From Octopus vulgaris (taxonomy: Eukaryota): a DNA stretch of 64,000 bases. A program made the position numbers and the translations under genes. Positions 25,727-37,912 of the stretch are shown here, piece after piece. Within the stretch, counting starts at the first letter, position 1; each line of letters begins with the position of its first letter. A model generated the notes under the pieces. It saw only the letters and a program-made list of their open reading frames with translations. It had not been told where the DNA came from and did not search any database. Location: positions 1,240,001-1,304,000 of the forward strand of contig OX597843.1 of assembly GCA_951406725.2 (NCBI GenBank), given 5' to 3'.

Positions 25727-26112
25727 GGCGCAGGAGTGGCTGTGTGGTAAGTAGCTTGCTAACCAACCACATGGTTCCGGGTTCAGTCCCACTGCGTGGC
25801 ATCTTGGGCAAGTGTCTTCTGCTATAGCCTCAGGCCGACTAAAGCATTGTGAATGGATTTGGTAGACGGAAACTGAAAGAAGCCCGTCGTATATATGTAT
25901 GTGTATGTGTGTCTGTGTTTGTCCCCCCCAACATCGTTTGACAACCGATGCTAGTGTGTTTACATCCCCATAACTTAGCGGTTCGGCAAAAAAGGCTGAT
26001 AGAATAAGTACTAGGCTTACAAAGAATAAGTCTTGGGGTTGATTTGCTCGACTAAAAGGTGGTGCTCCAGCATGGCCACAGTCAAATGACTGAAACAAGT
26101 AAGAGTAAAGAG
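25727..26112 (+). mobile_element. SINE family A
   Basis: Full-length copy. Confidence 0.9.
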
Positions 26113-26264
26113 TATATATATATACATAAAATATTTACATTTACGCTGTTTTCTTTTGACCTGCACTTGTAGCGAGGTATCGTATTCCTGAATGTATGTG
26201 TAGTAACAGACTGCATTTGAAAAACAAACTTTTGTTCCTATATTTTATATTACCGAGAGTAAAA

Positions 26265-26555
26265 GGGCACCATTCGAGCGTGATCGTTACCAACGTCGCT
26301 TCACTGGCACATGTAAAAAGATTCGAGTGAGGTCATTGCCAGTACCGCCTGACTGGCCCCCGTGCTGGGCTGGTGGCCCGTAAAAATCACCCACTACACT
26401 CTGGGAGTGATTGGCATTAGGAAGGGCATCCAGCTGTAGAAACTCTGCCAGATCAAGATTGGAGCCTGGTGCAGCCATCTGGTTCACCAGCCCTCAGTCA
26501 AAATCGTCCAACCCATGCTAGCATGGAAAGCGGACGTTCAACGATGATGATGATG
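26265..26555 (+). mobile_element. SINE-like family B variant
   Basis: Same GGCATTAGGAAGGGCATCCAGC core and (GAT)n tail with a different upstream module. Confidence 0.75.
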
Positions 26556-27154
26556 AGAGCAAATTTACTAATAATTTACTTCTCTGCTTATTTTAGAGAA
26601 GAGAAGTTGTAATATCATCTTTGCTCTGCTTGGTCCTACCCTACTTTTCTGAGAATTCTGTTTCTTTTATTGGCTTCCATTATTAGACTGTAGCTTTGCT
26701 GTGGTACCACCTTCAGTCATATTGACTCCAGTACTTTCATCAGTCCGGTACTCGTTAATCAAGCTCTATTTGTCAAACTGTTAAGTCACAGGAGATACAG
26801 AGAAGCAGTTTATCCAATGCTGATTTTCAGACCTGTGTAAATGTAAACATTGGTCTGTGTATACAGCTGAGGGGTTTAAGAAATTTGCTTTGTAACCATG
26901 AGGTCCTTGGTTTAATCTTAGAATGGCAGCTTGTGGTTCGACCCAAACCTTGTAAGTGTAATTCGGGTAGAAAAAAAATGTGTAGATCCCTTTTGGATGG
27001 ACAGTACCTGTAATTGAAAGGTCTAGTTTTGTCACAGGGTGTGTTATGCTGATTCTACATGTGAATTTTGTCATGGGTACATGTCTGTGAAATACTTGAC
27101 CATTTCGCATGCAGATCCAATGTGTTGTCCAGTTGATCAAAGAAGTTGCTCATA

Positions 27155-27558
27155 GGCATAGGAGTGGCTGTGTGGTAAGTAGCTTGTTAACCAACCACAT
27201 GGTTCCGGGTTCAGTCCCACTGCGTGGCATCTTGGGCAAGTGTCTTCTGCTATAGCCTCGGGCCGACCAAAGCCTTGTGAGTGGATTTGGTAAACGGAAA
27301 CTGAAAGAAGCCTGTCATATATATATGTATGTATGTGTGTGTGTGTGTGTGTTTGTCCCCCTAGCATTGCTTGACAACCGGTGCTGGTGTATTTACGTCC
27401 CTGTCACTTAGCGGTTTGGCAAAAGAGACCGATAGAATAAGTACTGGGCTTACAAAGAATAAGTCCCGGGGTCGATTTGCTCGACTAAAGGTGGTGCTCC
27501 AGCATGGCCGCAGTCAAATGACTGAAACAAGTAAAAGACTAAAAAAGAGAGTAAAGAG
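27155..27558 (+). mobile_element. SINE family A
   Basis: Full-length copy. Confidence 0.9.
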
Positions 27559-28375
27559 TATATGCAGAAAGTAGTCCAACATCGGCATGTATGCATGCAT
27601 GCACTGTGTCATGTGCATTCACATGATGGGCTTCTGCACAGTCTCCATCTACCAGATTGTCACTCACAAAGTATTAGTTAGCTTGACACTATAGAAATAC
27701 TTGTCCAGGGTACTGTGCAGTAGGACCAATCTGGGACCCAGGATCCACAGTTTGAAAGCAAACTTCTGAACTACACAGCTTTGCCTGCTCTAAATTTCTG
27801 AAACATTTTCTCATTCTCTCTCTCTCTCTCTGGATATTTTTAAAGCTGTAGGAACAGTCTCCATCTCTCCCTCTTTTGTACCCCACCCCTGTTTTGTCAG
27901 CTGGGATGCTTTAAGGGAGCAGAAAGTATGAATTAGCCATTATTGTTCTCTCTCTCTTTCTCTCCCTATTTTTCCAGCAACCATTTCAGAAAATATAACC
28001 ATCCAAACAAACTTGTAGGCAGTTCCGAAAAGATTTCTCAGTCAAGACAGTATGCGGATTACAACAAATACAATAAGTATATACACCAGTTATTATGTTT
28101 GTCTTTTTTTTTTCTTGTCTCCCTTTCTCTAATCCTCTCTCTCATATATTATTACTTTGACCAATTAATTTGTTTTCATTTCAGTACATAGTTCAAGTAA
28201 TTAACTCTTTCACGACCATGTTTCTTATGAAGGACTACCTTGTCAGTATTTTAGTTAATTTTGGAAAATAATGAAATTGGGAAGGATTGTGTAAAATAGT
28301 TGTTTCATTATTTAACCCTTTTGCTACCATATTTCTGTTGAGATGCTCTGTGTTTCTTTCAATTAATTTTAAATA

Positions 28376-28760
28376 GAGAGAAGCACTTCGTCGGTTACGA
28401 CGACGAGGGTTCCGGTTGATCCGAATCAACGGAACAGCCTGCTCGTGAAATTAACGTGTAAGTGGCTGAGCACTCCACAGACACGTGTACCCTTAACGTA
28501 GTTCTCGGGGATATTCAGCGTGACACAGAGAGTGACAAGGCCGGCCCTTTGAAATACAGGTACAACAGAAACAGGAAGTAAGAGTGAGAGAAAGTTGTGG
28601 TGAAAGAGTACAGCAGGGATCACCACCATCCCCTGCCGGAGCCTCGTGGAGCTTTGTGTTTTCGCTCAATAAACACTCACAACGCCCGGTCTGGGAATCG
28701 AAACCGCGATCCTATGACCGCGAGTCCGCTGCCCTAACCACTGGGCCATTGCGCCTCCAC
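28376..28760 (-). mobile_element. tRNA-derived SINE family D, inserted in a piggyBac-like MITE
   Basis: Head GGAGGCGCAATGGCCCAGTGGTTAGG...GTTTCGATTCC; 11-bp TSD AATTTTAAATA (28365-28375 and 28761-28771). Confidence 0.9.
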
Positions 28761-29008
28761 AATTTTAAATATAAGTAATAATTAAGCTAGTGTTAGGAAC
28801 ATAGACTGATGGTGGAAGATTTTAATTCAGAATTTTTGAAACTGTGACATTTGTACTACAGAGCCAGAGGCAGTTTCAGCCAGGTTTGTATCAAAAGGGT
28901 TAAATAGCATTTGATTGACTACTGTTTAAAAGAAGGAAATTGGACAAAAAAAATCTTTGGGGTTTAATTATTTGCTTTCATTCACAAGACGCATGCAGAA
29001 AAGAAACT

Positions 29009-29416
29009 GGATCTTTTCGCTTTGAACGGCAGTTTTTTCTAGCGGTGGCATATGAAATTGTCACCCATAATTATGACCCTAGTATTGCATTTCAATCTGT
29101 TTTAGGGTTAGGGTTAGGGGTGGAGGGTATCTTTTTTTTCTTCAGAAATGTAAATAAACCCAATCTGTTTCTTAAACGAGGCACATATTCATACAGCACA
29201 GAATGTTTTCACCTCAATAGACATCAGTGATTGGTTGAAATTGCAGAAATTGAAGAAGAAAAAACCCAACAAATATCTTACAAACTATAGAATTTTCTCA
29301 ATAAAGCCAAGAGAAAAAGATGTTTTATAAACACATTCTACCAGTATACGAAGTTTAAAAGTGTTTAGTTACGTAGAAATTATTTTTAAAAACTGCCATT
29401 CAAACCGAAAAGACCC
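29009..29416. mobile_element. MITE with GG..CC termini, 8-bp TSD and internal (TTAGGG)3
   Basis: TIR GGRTCTTTTCGSTTTGAAYGGCAGTTTT; TSD AAGAAACT (29001-29008 and 29417-29424). Confidence 0.85.
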
Positions 29417-29634
29417 AAGAAACTCATAATCTACAGTGTCATATTGCTTATGATATACTATGGTATTCTTCATATTTACTGGTTACTTAGAATTATTGTT
29501 TGATAATTTGAATGTAAAAACTGCTGAATATTTTTTTCTTTCCTTCCCTTTAGGAGCCTGACTATTTTCTTATTTGTGGGCAGCATCTTTAATAAGTCTT
29601 TCTTTTGCTTTTCTTTGCTTTTCTTTTCGTGAAG

Positions 29635-29889
29635 AAGCCCTGATCGCCGCAGCCGTCGTGAAAAGGCAGAACGTAAACGTAGCCGTAGCCGAGAAAAAAA
29701 GAGCGGCCGTGACAAAGAACGCAGGCGAAGTCGTACTCCGAGCCCTCCAAGTAGGAGCCGGGAAAGGTATGCAGGTACTGCCAAGCGAAGTAGAAGTCGC
29801 TCACCGTACAAGGGTCGAGGTGCACGTGGAGAGAAACCGTACCGGCGTAGCATGAGCAAGAGTCCGCTGCGGTCTTATGAATTTGTCAG
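29635..29889 (+). CDS. RBM39: RBM39 exon, RS domain
   Basis: Polypyrimidine tract plus GAAG|AAG acceptor; encodes SPDRRSRREKAERKRSRSREKK...SRSRSPYKGR...SKSPLRSYEFV; donor AG|GTAAGT. Confidence 0.9.
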
Positions 29890-30939
29890 GTAAGTAGTAA
29901 TGTTTAGAAGATAGCCCTATGATGGTCACCTCTAATGTTTACATTGAGTTGCACAATTGGCTGTGTTACAGTTACTACATTACATAGTATACAAAATACA
30001 GTTTCCCCATCCAAAAATGTCTCAAAAAGAAAAAAGAAAATAACACTCCAGGTTCTTTATGGGAAGTTGGGCCTCTATCCTTTATGCCTTACTCTAGGCT
30101 AATTTTAATCCATACAGTCAATGTCTTCTATTTCACCTGATTTCATAAGGATAACTTTTTATATGCAATGTTTTCTGTTATACCAAGCGTATTTTGTAAG
30201 GTACAGCTAGTTTACTTTAAATATTAATTAGTACACTCTGTGGAGTGGTTGGCATTAGGAAGGACATCTAGCCATAGAAACCATGCCAGAACAGACAACG
30301 GAGCCCAGGGTAGCCCTGGAATTACCAGCTCTGAGCAAACCCATGCTTTCATGGAAAATGGACTTTAAAACATTTTTTACTGAATATCCACTGCTGAAAT
30401 TGGGGTGCATCTTTTATGGCATCAGGTATGGTGATCCCTTGTCTTGGTTTAATACAGCCACCAGCCCCAACTAGCCCTTGGTTTGTCTTTAGCGGAGTCC
30501 CTATTTTAGCAAAGATTGAAGTCCTTATCTCTAGTATGAAGGTAGATAACTTGATGTGTTGCTGTCTAGCTGCAGGAACCATAGACGTTTTATCTTCCCT
30601 CTCTGCCATTTGCCATGAAAACCCAGTAAAAAGTGGAAGGACACTACTTTTTTTCTTCCTTGAGTTTTAGCCATAAAAACGAGTCTGCTAGAAATAGCAC
30701 CCAAGACTTGAACACTACTATCTTATAAATGCTGTATTGGATATTGTAGTCCAAGGTATGCAAAAAGCTGGGATGGTCACATGGCTAGAACACCTTTGAT
30801 TGATGGAACTAAACAATAATGAATTTTAAAAAATGGCATTGGAGGAGCGATGCCTACCCTGCATGCAAATAAAGTTTTGGTAAATTATTTTTGCAAAAAC
30901 GTATATTATTATCATCATTATTATTATTTTTGTTTCTAG

Positions 30940-31057
30940 GGAACCTGGTCCTGAATTATCTCCCGAAGAACGCGATGCCCGCACCATTTTCTGCATGCAG
31001 CTCTCTGCCAGAATTAGACCAAGAGACCTCGAAGAATTCTTTTCCTCAGTTGGGAAG
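30940..31057 (+). CDS. RBM39: RBM39 exon, start of RRM1
   Basis: Encodes EPGPELSPEERDARTIFCMQLSARIRPRDLEEFFSSVGK, matching RBM39 PEERDARTVFCMQLAARIRPRDLEEFFS; canonical AG/GT. Confidence 0.97.
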
Positions 31058-31149
31058 GTAATGGAAATGCTTTATTTTATTTTATTTAATTTCAAATTCC
31101 TCAATGGATTATAATGTTTCCAGAGCTACTTATCTGAGAGAGTGCCGTC

Positions 31150-31355
31150 ATTTGACGGTTGGATGCCCTTCCTAACGCCAACCACTCCGTGAGTGTAGTG
31201 GGTGCTTTTTACGTGCCACCTGCACTGGTGCCAGGCGAGGCTGGCATCGGCCACGGTCGGATTGGTGCATTTTACGTGCCACCTGCACCAAAGCCAGTCG
31301 AGGCGGCACTGGCTTCGGCCACGATTCGGATGGTGCTTTTTACGTGCCACCGACA
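31150..31355 (-). mobile_element. SINE-like family B internal fragment
   Basis: Three GGTGGCACGTAAAA modules plus the conserved core. Confidence 0.7.
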
Positions 31356-31432
31356 CATAATAATAATTGTATTACTTTTTCTTTTTCCTTTTGTTGTCTA
31401 AATTCATTTCTGTGTTGGCTGTCTCCCTATAG

Positions 31433-31723
31433 GTTCGTGATGTACGACTTATCACTGATAACAAAACAAGACGATCGAAAGGCATTGCTTATGTGGAATT
31501 TGTCGATGTGGAGTGTGTGAACAAGGCTTTGGCCTTGACTGGTCAGCGACTGTTGGGTGTCCCCATAATGGTACAGCCATCACAAGCTGAAAAGAACAGA
31601 GCAGCCAATGCAACAGCCACGCTACAGAAGGGCACCTCAGGACCCATGCGCCTCTACGTTGGTTCATTACACTTCAACATCACAGAAGAGATGTTACGAG
31701 GAATATTTGAGCCATTTGGCAAG
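31433..31723 (+). CDS. RBM39: RBM39 exon, RRM1 and start of RRM2
   Basis: Encodes VRDVRLITDNKTRRSKGIAYVEF...QAEKNRAA...GPMRLYVGSLHFNITEEMLRGIFEPFGK; canonical splice sites. Confidence 0.98.
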
Positions 31724-31758
31724 GTAAAGTGCCTTTTCCTCCTCCTTACTAATCATCC

Positions 31759-31793
<35 letters not shown>

Positions 31794-32390
31794 AATTATT
31801 GTATACAGTGCTCAGGTGCACCACAACTTGTCAGAAAGTGCATATAAAGCACATGCAGTAATGTAGAAATGTCTGGAAAGCGAACAGTGTATGAGTCAGA
31901 TACATGCTTGTGTGTGTATGGAGGGGAGAAAATCAAGTTTAGTGTTGGCGAATCTCAGGAAGCATGGAAGTTTTGAAGGATGCAGTGCTCCGACAACTAA
32001 CAACCGATGCCGGCAGTTTGTTCCATGCTTCAGCGTGTGTATGGAGGGGAAGAGAAGATCAGGTGTAGTGTTGGCGAATCTCAGGAAGCATGGAAGTTTT
32101 GAAGGATGTAGTGCTCCAACAACTAACAACTGATGCCGGCAGTTTGTTCCATGCTTCAGCAACTCTCAGCGTGAAAAAATGTTTCCTGAAGTCATGGAAG
32201 GGGCTGTGCTGTTTTCTGACTTTGTAAATATGTCCACGGGTGTTAGATGGGTGGAGTTTGAAAAGGTGCTCAGAGTTATTGTTTGTACGATGGTTGATAA
32301 TTTTATGGGTGTCTGCCAAGTCAGCTGCCAGACGTCGGAGTTTCAATGTGTCCATGCCCAGGGAAGTAAGGCGTTCAGGATATGGCCTAT
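31759..32390 (-). mobile_element. CR1-group LINE 3' fragment with (TTA)n tail and an internal ~125-bp tandem duplication
   Basis: Frame reads YPERLTSLG..TLKLRR...NTRGH...FFTLRVAEAWNKLPASVV...SFK, a typical CR1 ORF2 C-terminus. Confidence 0.8.
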
Positions 32391-32695
32391 TACTACTTAT
32401 CAAATGACTTGTGCTCACGTTTTGTGTCAATTTCCATTGAACCCTTTTTGATACCAACTCACCAGAGACAACTCTTGCTTCTATGATACTAATCTTCTTG
32501 TTTTAAAATGATCTGAAAAATTGCCATAAAAATTTCTTGTTAATTTTGTGTTCTAAACACCAGCCAAATAATGACAATTATTCCATATCATTATTGTCAT
32601 TTTGATTTCCGTTTTTTTCACATTTGCTACTGTTGTCCATCATTATCGTCATACGTGTGTGTGGTGTATCACCTGTTATTTGTTTCCTGTTTCAG

Positions 32696-32761
32696 ATTGA
32701 TGACATCAAATTAATCAAGGATCACGAGTCTGGCAGATTACAGGGCTATGGATTCATCACA
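32696..32761 (+). CDS. RBM39: RBM39 exon, RRM2
   Basis: ttcAG|IDDIKLIKDHESGRLQGYGFIT|GTAAGT; phase 0-0. Confidence 0.95.
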
Positions 32762-32886
32762 GTAAGTACTGATTGTATGCACGCAAACACACACACACTC
32801 ACTCTCTCTCACCTCCCTATCTCTCTTCCGCTCCCCTCCTCTGCTCTTTCCCTCCTCTCTCTTTTACTATATGATACATTGACACA

Positions 32887-33252
32887 GGAGGCGCAATGGC
32901 CCAGTGGTTAGGGCAGCGGACTCGCGGTTTCAATTCCCAGACCGGGCGTTGTGAGTGTTTATTGAGTGAAAACACCTAAAGCTCCACGAGGCTCCGGCAG
33001 GGGATGGTGGTGATCCCTGCTATACTCTTTCACCACAACTTTCTCTCACTCTTACTTCCTGTTTCTGTTGTACCTGTATTTCAAAGGGCCGGCCTTGTCA
33101 CTCTCTGTGTCACGCTGAATATCCCCGAGAACTACGTTAAGGGTACACGTGTCTGTGGAGTGCTCAGCCACTTACACGTTAATTTCACGAGCAGGCTGTT
33201 CCATTGATTAGATCAACCGGAACCCTCGTCGTCGTAACCGACGGAGTGCTTC
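32887..33252 (+). mobile_element. SINE family D
   Basis: Near-identical to 28376-28760; TSD ACATTGACACA. Confidence 0.9.
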
Positions 33253-33429
33253 TATCATCACATTGACACATAAAAGGATGTAATTTTGGATATACCTCAC
33301 TGGCTATCTCCAACTATTCTGCTATTTTTTCTTCAGCCGCCGGCCAGGATGCATCATAATTACCTAATGCAGCATTTCTCAACCATTTTTCATACCTAAA
33401 ATAATTAAATTATTTTGTGTAGAGGTGTA

Positions 33430-33968
<539 letters not shown>

Positions 33969-34237
33969 AAACAGAGAATATTATAAAAATTTAATCAATT
34001 TATTGGAGAAAAATTTTTAAGAACAAAATCGTATATGGTCCTTAGTTGAGAACCCAATTGACCTAATGCCAGTTAGGACCAGCTCTAATTGAGGAGGGGA
34101 GATAATTTCAAGTTTGAGCAATTTTTGCAAGCTAACTTGTCATTAACCCATTCATGCCAATTATCATGATAATAATACTAATTATATAGTCAATTGTATA
34201 CAATTAATTGCTTTATCATACACACACACAGACACAG

Positions 34238-34447
34238 ATCATCATCATCATCGTTTAACGTCCGTTCTCCATGCTAGCATGGGTTGGACGGTTCGACCGG
34301 GGATCTGGGAAGCCAGAAGGCTGCACCAGGCTCCAGTCTTATCTGGCAATGTTTCTACAGCTGGATGCCCTTCCTAACGCCAACCACTCCGTGAGTGTAG
34401 TGGGTGCTTTTTACGTGCCACCTGCACAGGTGCCAGGCGAGGCTGGC
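34238..34447 (-). mobile_element. SINE-like family B
   Basis: (CAT)n tail plus body. Confidence 0.8.
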
Positions 34448-35138
34448 AAAAAACTTGGAGAAGAGAAATAACGCGTGCGTTCGGTCATATAGTAATATAA
34501 TAAATAAATAAAATATATGCATATATACATACATATATGTACATACTTACATCTACATGTATATATACATGCATAGAGTACAGGACACCACAAATAAATG
34601 TGGAACACAACGAGAGACGGGAACATAAAATCAAACAAGGAAACGGACTTTTTTTAAACAACAAAAAACAGAGTACAGGACAAAAAATACAAGGAAAATT
34701 CCCCTTCATCAGCTGTCCCTGGTTCGACTCTGACCGGCTTCTTTCAGTTTCTATGTGCTAGGATTTGATTGGCCTAAGGCTATATAGTAGAAGACACTTG
34801 CCCAAGGTGCTGAACCATGTGGTTGGGAAGCAAGCTTGTTACCACAGAGCCATGCCTGGACCTCTGCCAACTCTGGAGAAATTTTGAATTTTGGAATTGT
34901 CTCTACTTCTCAAGTGGTGCTCAGACGAACACAGACACAAAGACTCCTGCACACACAAATGACATGCTTCCACAGTTTCTACCTGTCAAATTGACTTACA
35001 AAGCATTGGTCAGTCTAGGGCTATTGTAGAATACACTTTTCCAAACATGCTGCACAGTGGGGCAGAACCTGAAACCATGCGGTTTCAAAGTGACCTTCTT
35101 AACTGAACAGTTGTACCTGTATCTAGATATATCTATCA

Positions 35139-35728
35139 GGGCGGTGAGCTGGCTGAAACGTTAGTGCGCCAGGCGAAATGCTTAGCGGTATTTCGTCTGT
35201 CGCTACGTTCTGAGTTCAAACTCCGCCGAGGTCGTCTTTGCCTTTCATCCTTTCGGGGTCGATTAAATAAGTACCAGTTACGCACTGGGGTCGATGTAAT
35301 CGACTTAATTCGTTTGTTTGTCCTTGTTTGTCCCCTCTGTGTTTAGCCCCTTGTGGGTAGTAAAGAAATAGGTATTTCGTCTGCCGCTACGTTCTGAGTT
35401 CAAATTCCACCGAGGTCGACTTTGCCTTTCATCCATTCAGAGTCGATAAATTAAGTACCAGTTACGTATTGGGGTCGATATAATCGACTTAATTCGTTTG
35501 TTTGTCCTTGTTTGTCTTCTGTGTTTAGCCCCTTGTGGGTAGTAAAGAAATAGAAATAGGTATTTCGTCTGTCTTTACGTTCTGAGTTCAAATTCCGCTG
35601 AGGTCGACTTTGCCTTTCATCCTTTCGGGGTCGATTAAATAAGTACCAGTTATGCACTGGGGTCGATATAATCGACTTAATTCGTTTGTTTGTCCTCTGT
35701 GTTTAGCCCCTTGTGGGTAATAAAGAAA
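35139..35728 (+). mobile_element. SINE family C tandem/nested trimer
   Basis: One head followed by three body/tail units that restart at GGTATTTCGTCTG; outer TSD TAGATATATCTATC. Confidence 0.85.
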
Positions 35729-35863
35729 TAGATATATCTATCTTTCCCTCACTGCATTGATTTCCTTGAAAGGAACCTATTTCCATATCTCTGTTTCTCT
35801 CTCTTGTAGTCTTCCTAATGTCTGACTGATCCTTTTGTTTTCCCCTTCTTGCTCTCCTTACAG

Positions 35864-36068
35864 TTCCATGATGCTGAAGATGCAAAGAAAGCCCTGGAAC
35901 AACTGAATGGCTTTGAACTGGCTGGTAGACCAATGAAGGTTGGTCATGTAACAGAGCGAACCGCTGAAAATCAGGTGGCCTCTATACTGGACAGTGATGA
36001 CATGGATAGGGCTGGAATTGATCTTGGTGCTACACGCAGACTTCAGCTTATGGCCAAGTTGGCTGAAG
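35864..36068 (+). CDS. RBM39: RBM39 exon, end of RRM2 and linker
   Basis: Encodes FHDAEDAKKALEQLNGFELAGRPMKVGHVTER...GIDLGATRRLQLMAKLAE; donor G|GTACGT. Confidence 0.97.
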
Positions 36069-36134
36069 GTACGTCTTGCTTTTCTTTGTCTATTGTTGTG
36101 CTGTGGGTTTTATGTGTATAGTTGTATGTGTAGA

Positions 36135-36465
36135 CTGGCTTCCGTGCTGGTGGCACGTAAAATGCACCATCCAAATCGTGGCCGATGCCAGTGCCGCCTT
36201 GACTGGCTTCCGTGCAGGTGGCACGTAATATGCACCAATCTGATTGTGGCCATTGCCAGCCTCGTCTGGCACCTGTGCCGGTGGCACGTAAAAAGCACCC
36301 TCTACACTCATGGAGTGGTTGGCGTTAGGAAGGGCATCCAGCTGTAGAAACACTGCCAGATCAGACTGGAGCCTGGTGCAGCCTTCTGGCTTCCCAGATC
36401 CCCGGTCGAACCGTCCAACCCATGCTAGCATGAAGAACGGACGTTAAACGATGATGATGATGATG
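36135..36465 (+). mobile_element. SINE-like family B
   Basis: Three internal modules, core and (GAT)n tail. Confidence 0.8.
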
Positions 36466-36588
36466 TAGGTAGTTGACTGTTACAAAGTACGTCTGTGTGT
36501 GGGTGTAGATGACTGGATTTGTGTATGTATGTTTGGAATACTCAATGTCTGTGTTGCTAAATTTGATTGTTGAATTTGTGTATATAAT

Positions 36589-36880
36589 TCATCATCATCA
36601 TCGTTTAGCATCCGCTTTCCATGCTGGCATGGGTTGGACGGTGCAACAGGAGTCTGGGAAGCCAGAAGGCTGCACCAGGCCCAGTATGGTCTGGCAATGC
36701 TTCTACGGCTGGATGCCCTTCCTAACGCCAACCACTGAGTGTAGTGGGTGCTTTTTACGTGCTGCCGGCACAGGTGCCAGACGAGGCTGGCAAACGGCCA
36801 CGATCGAATGGTGCTTTTTATGTGCCACCGGCACTGGTATCATGGCTACAATTTCCATTGATGTTGATCGATTTTGATTT
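36589..36880 (-). mobile_element. SINE-like family B
   Basis: Inverted relative to 36135-36465. Confidence 0.8.
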
Positions 36881-37491
36881 TGACTAATAATTGACTATAT
36901 AATTATAATTATTATTATTATCATTCAGGCCACAACCTGGCAGAATCATTAGCATGCCAGGCGAAATGCTTAGCAGCGTTCTGTTTACCCCTATGTTCTG
37001 AGTTCAAATTCTGGCGAGGTGGACATCACTTTTCATCCTTTTGGGGGTCAATAAATTAAATACCAAGTGAAACACGGGGTGGTGGTGGCAGGGTTACGGC
37101 TCATTTTGGCCAGCTGAGAAAATGAGAAAGATCTCATAAAAGGGCATGAAAATCTGTTTATGAGTGTTAATCCGGTCTTAACAGTGGCATTTGTGGGTCT
37201 CACAGATCTGAAGGCCAAGTCCCCAGATAAACACTGATGTGCAGGCTATTGTTATCAAACTGTTTTACCTCTAGGAAGATCATTAGATAAATGGACAACC
37301 CAGAATTGGATAATGCAGTACGTAGGGTTCGGACTCTTCAAATAGGTTTGTCAACGTAAATTTGATTAGTCTTCATCAGCTGCATTTACCTAGGGAGTAT
37401 TTCAAATGTTGGTACATCAATGCCAGTATACTCGCCTGAACACTTAGCCGTTAACAGAACGGGAACAGTGAAAAAGTTTTCAATGAAGAAA

Positions 37492-37832
37492 TCGGAGACC
37501 CCCTTCGGTCACAACACAGACCATGGGATTGCACCTAGAAAGTTACCCTCCTAGACACAAGTCCGGGCAAGGTTGTTTATGGAAGACCAGCAGTCGCCCA
37601 TGCATACCAGCCTCCCCCATCCACGCCTCTAGTGTTATCCAAGGGAAAGACAAAGGTCGATACAGCTTGGCACCTGTGACGTCGCAACTCATTTCTACAG
37701 CTGAGTGAACTGGAGCAACGTGAAATAAAGTGCCTTGCTCAAGAACACAACACGCAGCCCGGTCCGGGATTCGAGCTCACAACCTCACGATCGTAAGCTC
37801 GACGCTCTAACCACTGAGCCATGCGCCTTCAC
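37492..37832 (-). mobile_element. tRNA-derived SINE family E
   Basis: Head GAAGGCGCATGGCTCAGTGGTTAGAGC...CTCGAATCC then GTTGTGTTCTTGAGCAAGGCACTTT; TSD ATGAAGAA; fragments at ~2995-3130 and ~39150-39270. Confidence 0.8.
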
Positions 37833-37912
37833 ATGAAGAATAAAATATATGAAAATGTTTATAATGTGTTGAGATAACTAATCAGTGTTTGTGTATGTTT
37901 TTTTATTTGTAG

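Noticed and set aside
28690-28760. tRNA genes at the heads of SINE A, D and E
   Set aside because: A and B boxes are present, but there is no complete cloverleaf or acceptor stem, and each continues into a SINE body with TSDs.
29101-29120. Telomere or chromosome-fusion scar
   Set aside because: There are only three TTAGGG units, and they lie inside a TIR- and TSD-bounded MITE.
34690-34730. CTGATGA on the minus strand as another hammerhead
   Set aside because: A stem II-like hairpin follows, but the required GAAA and stem III are missing in this copy.
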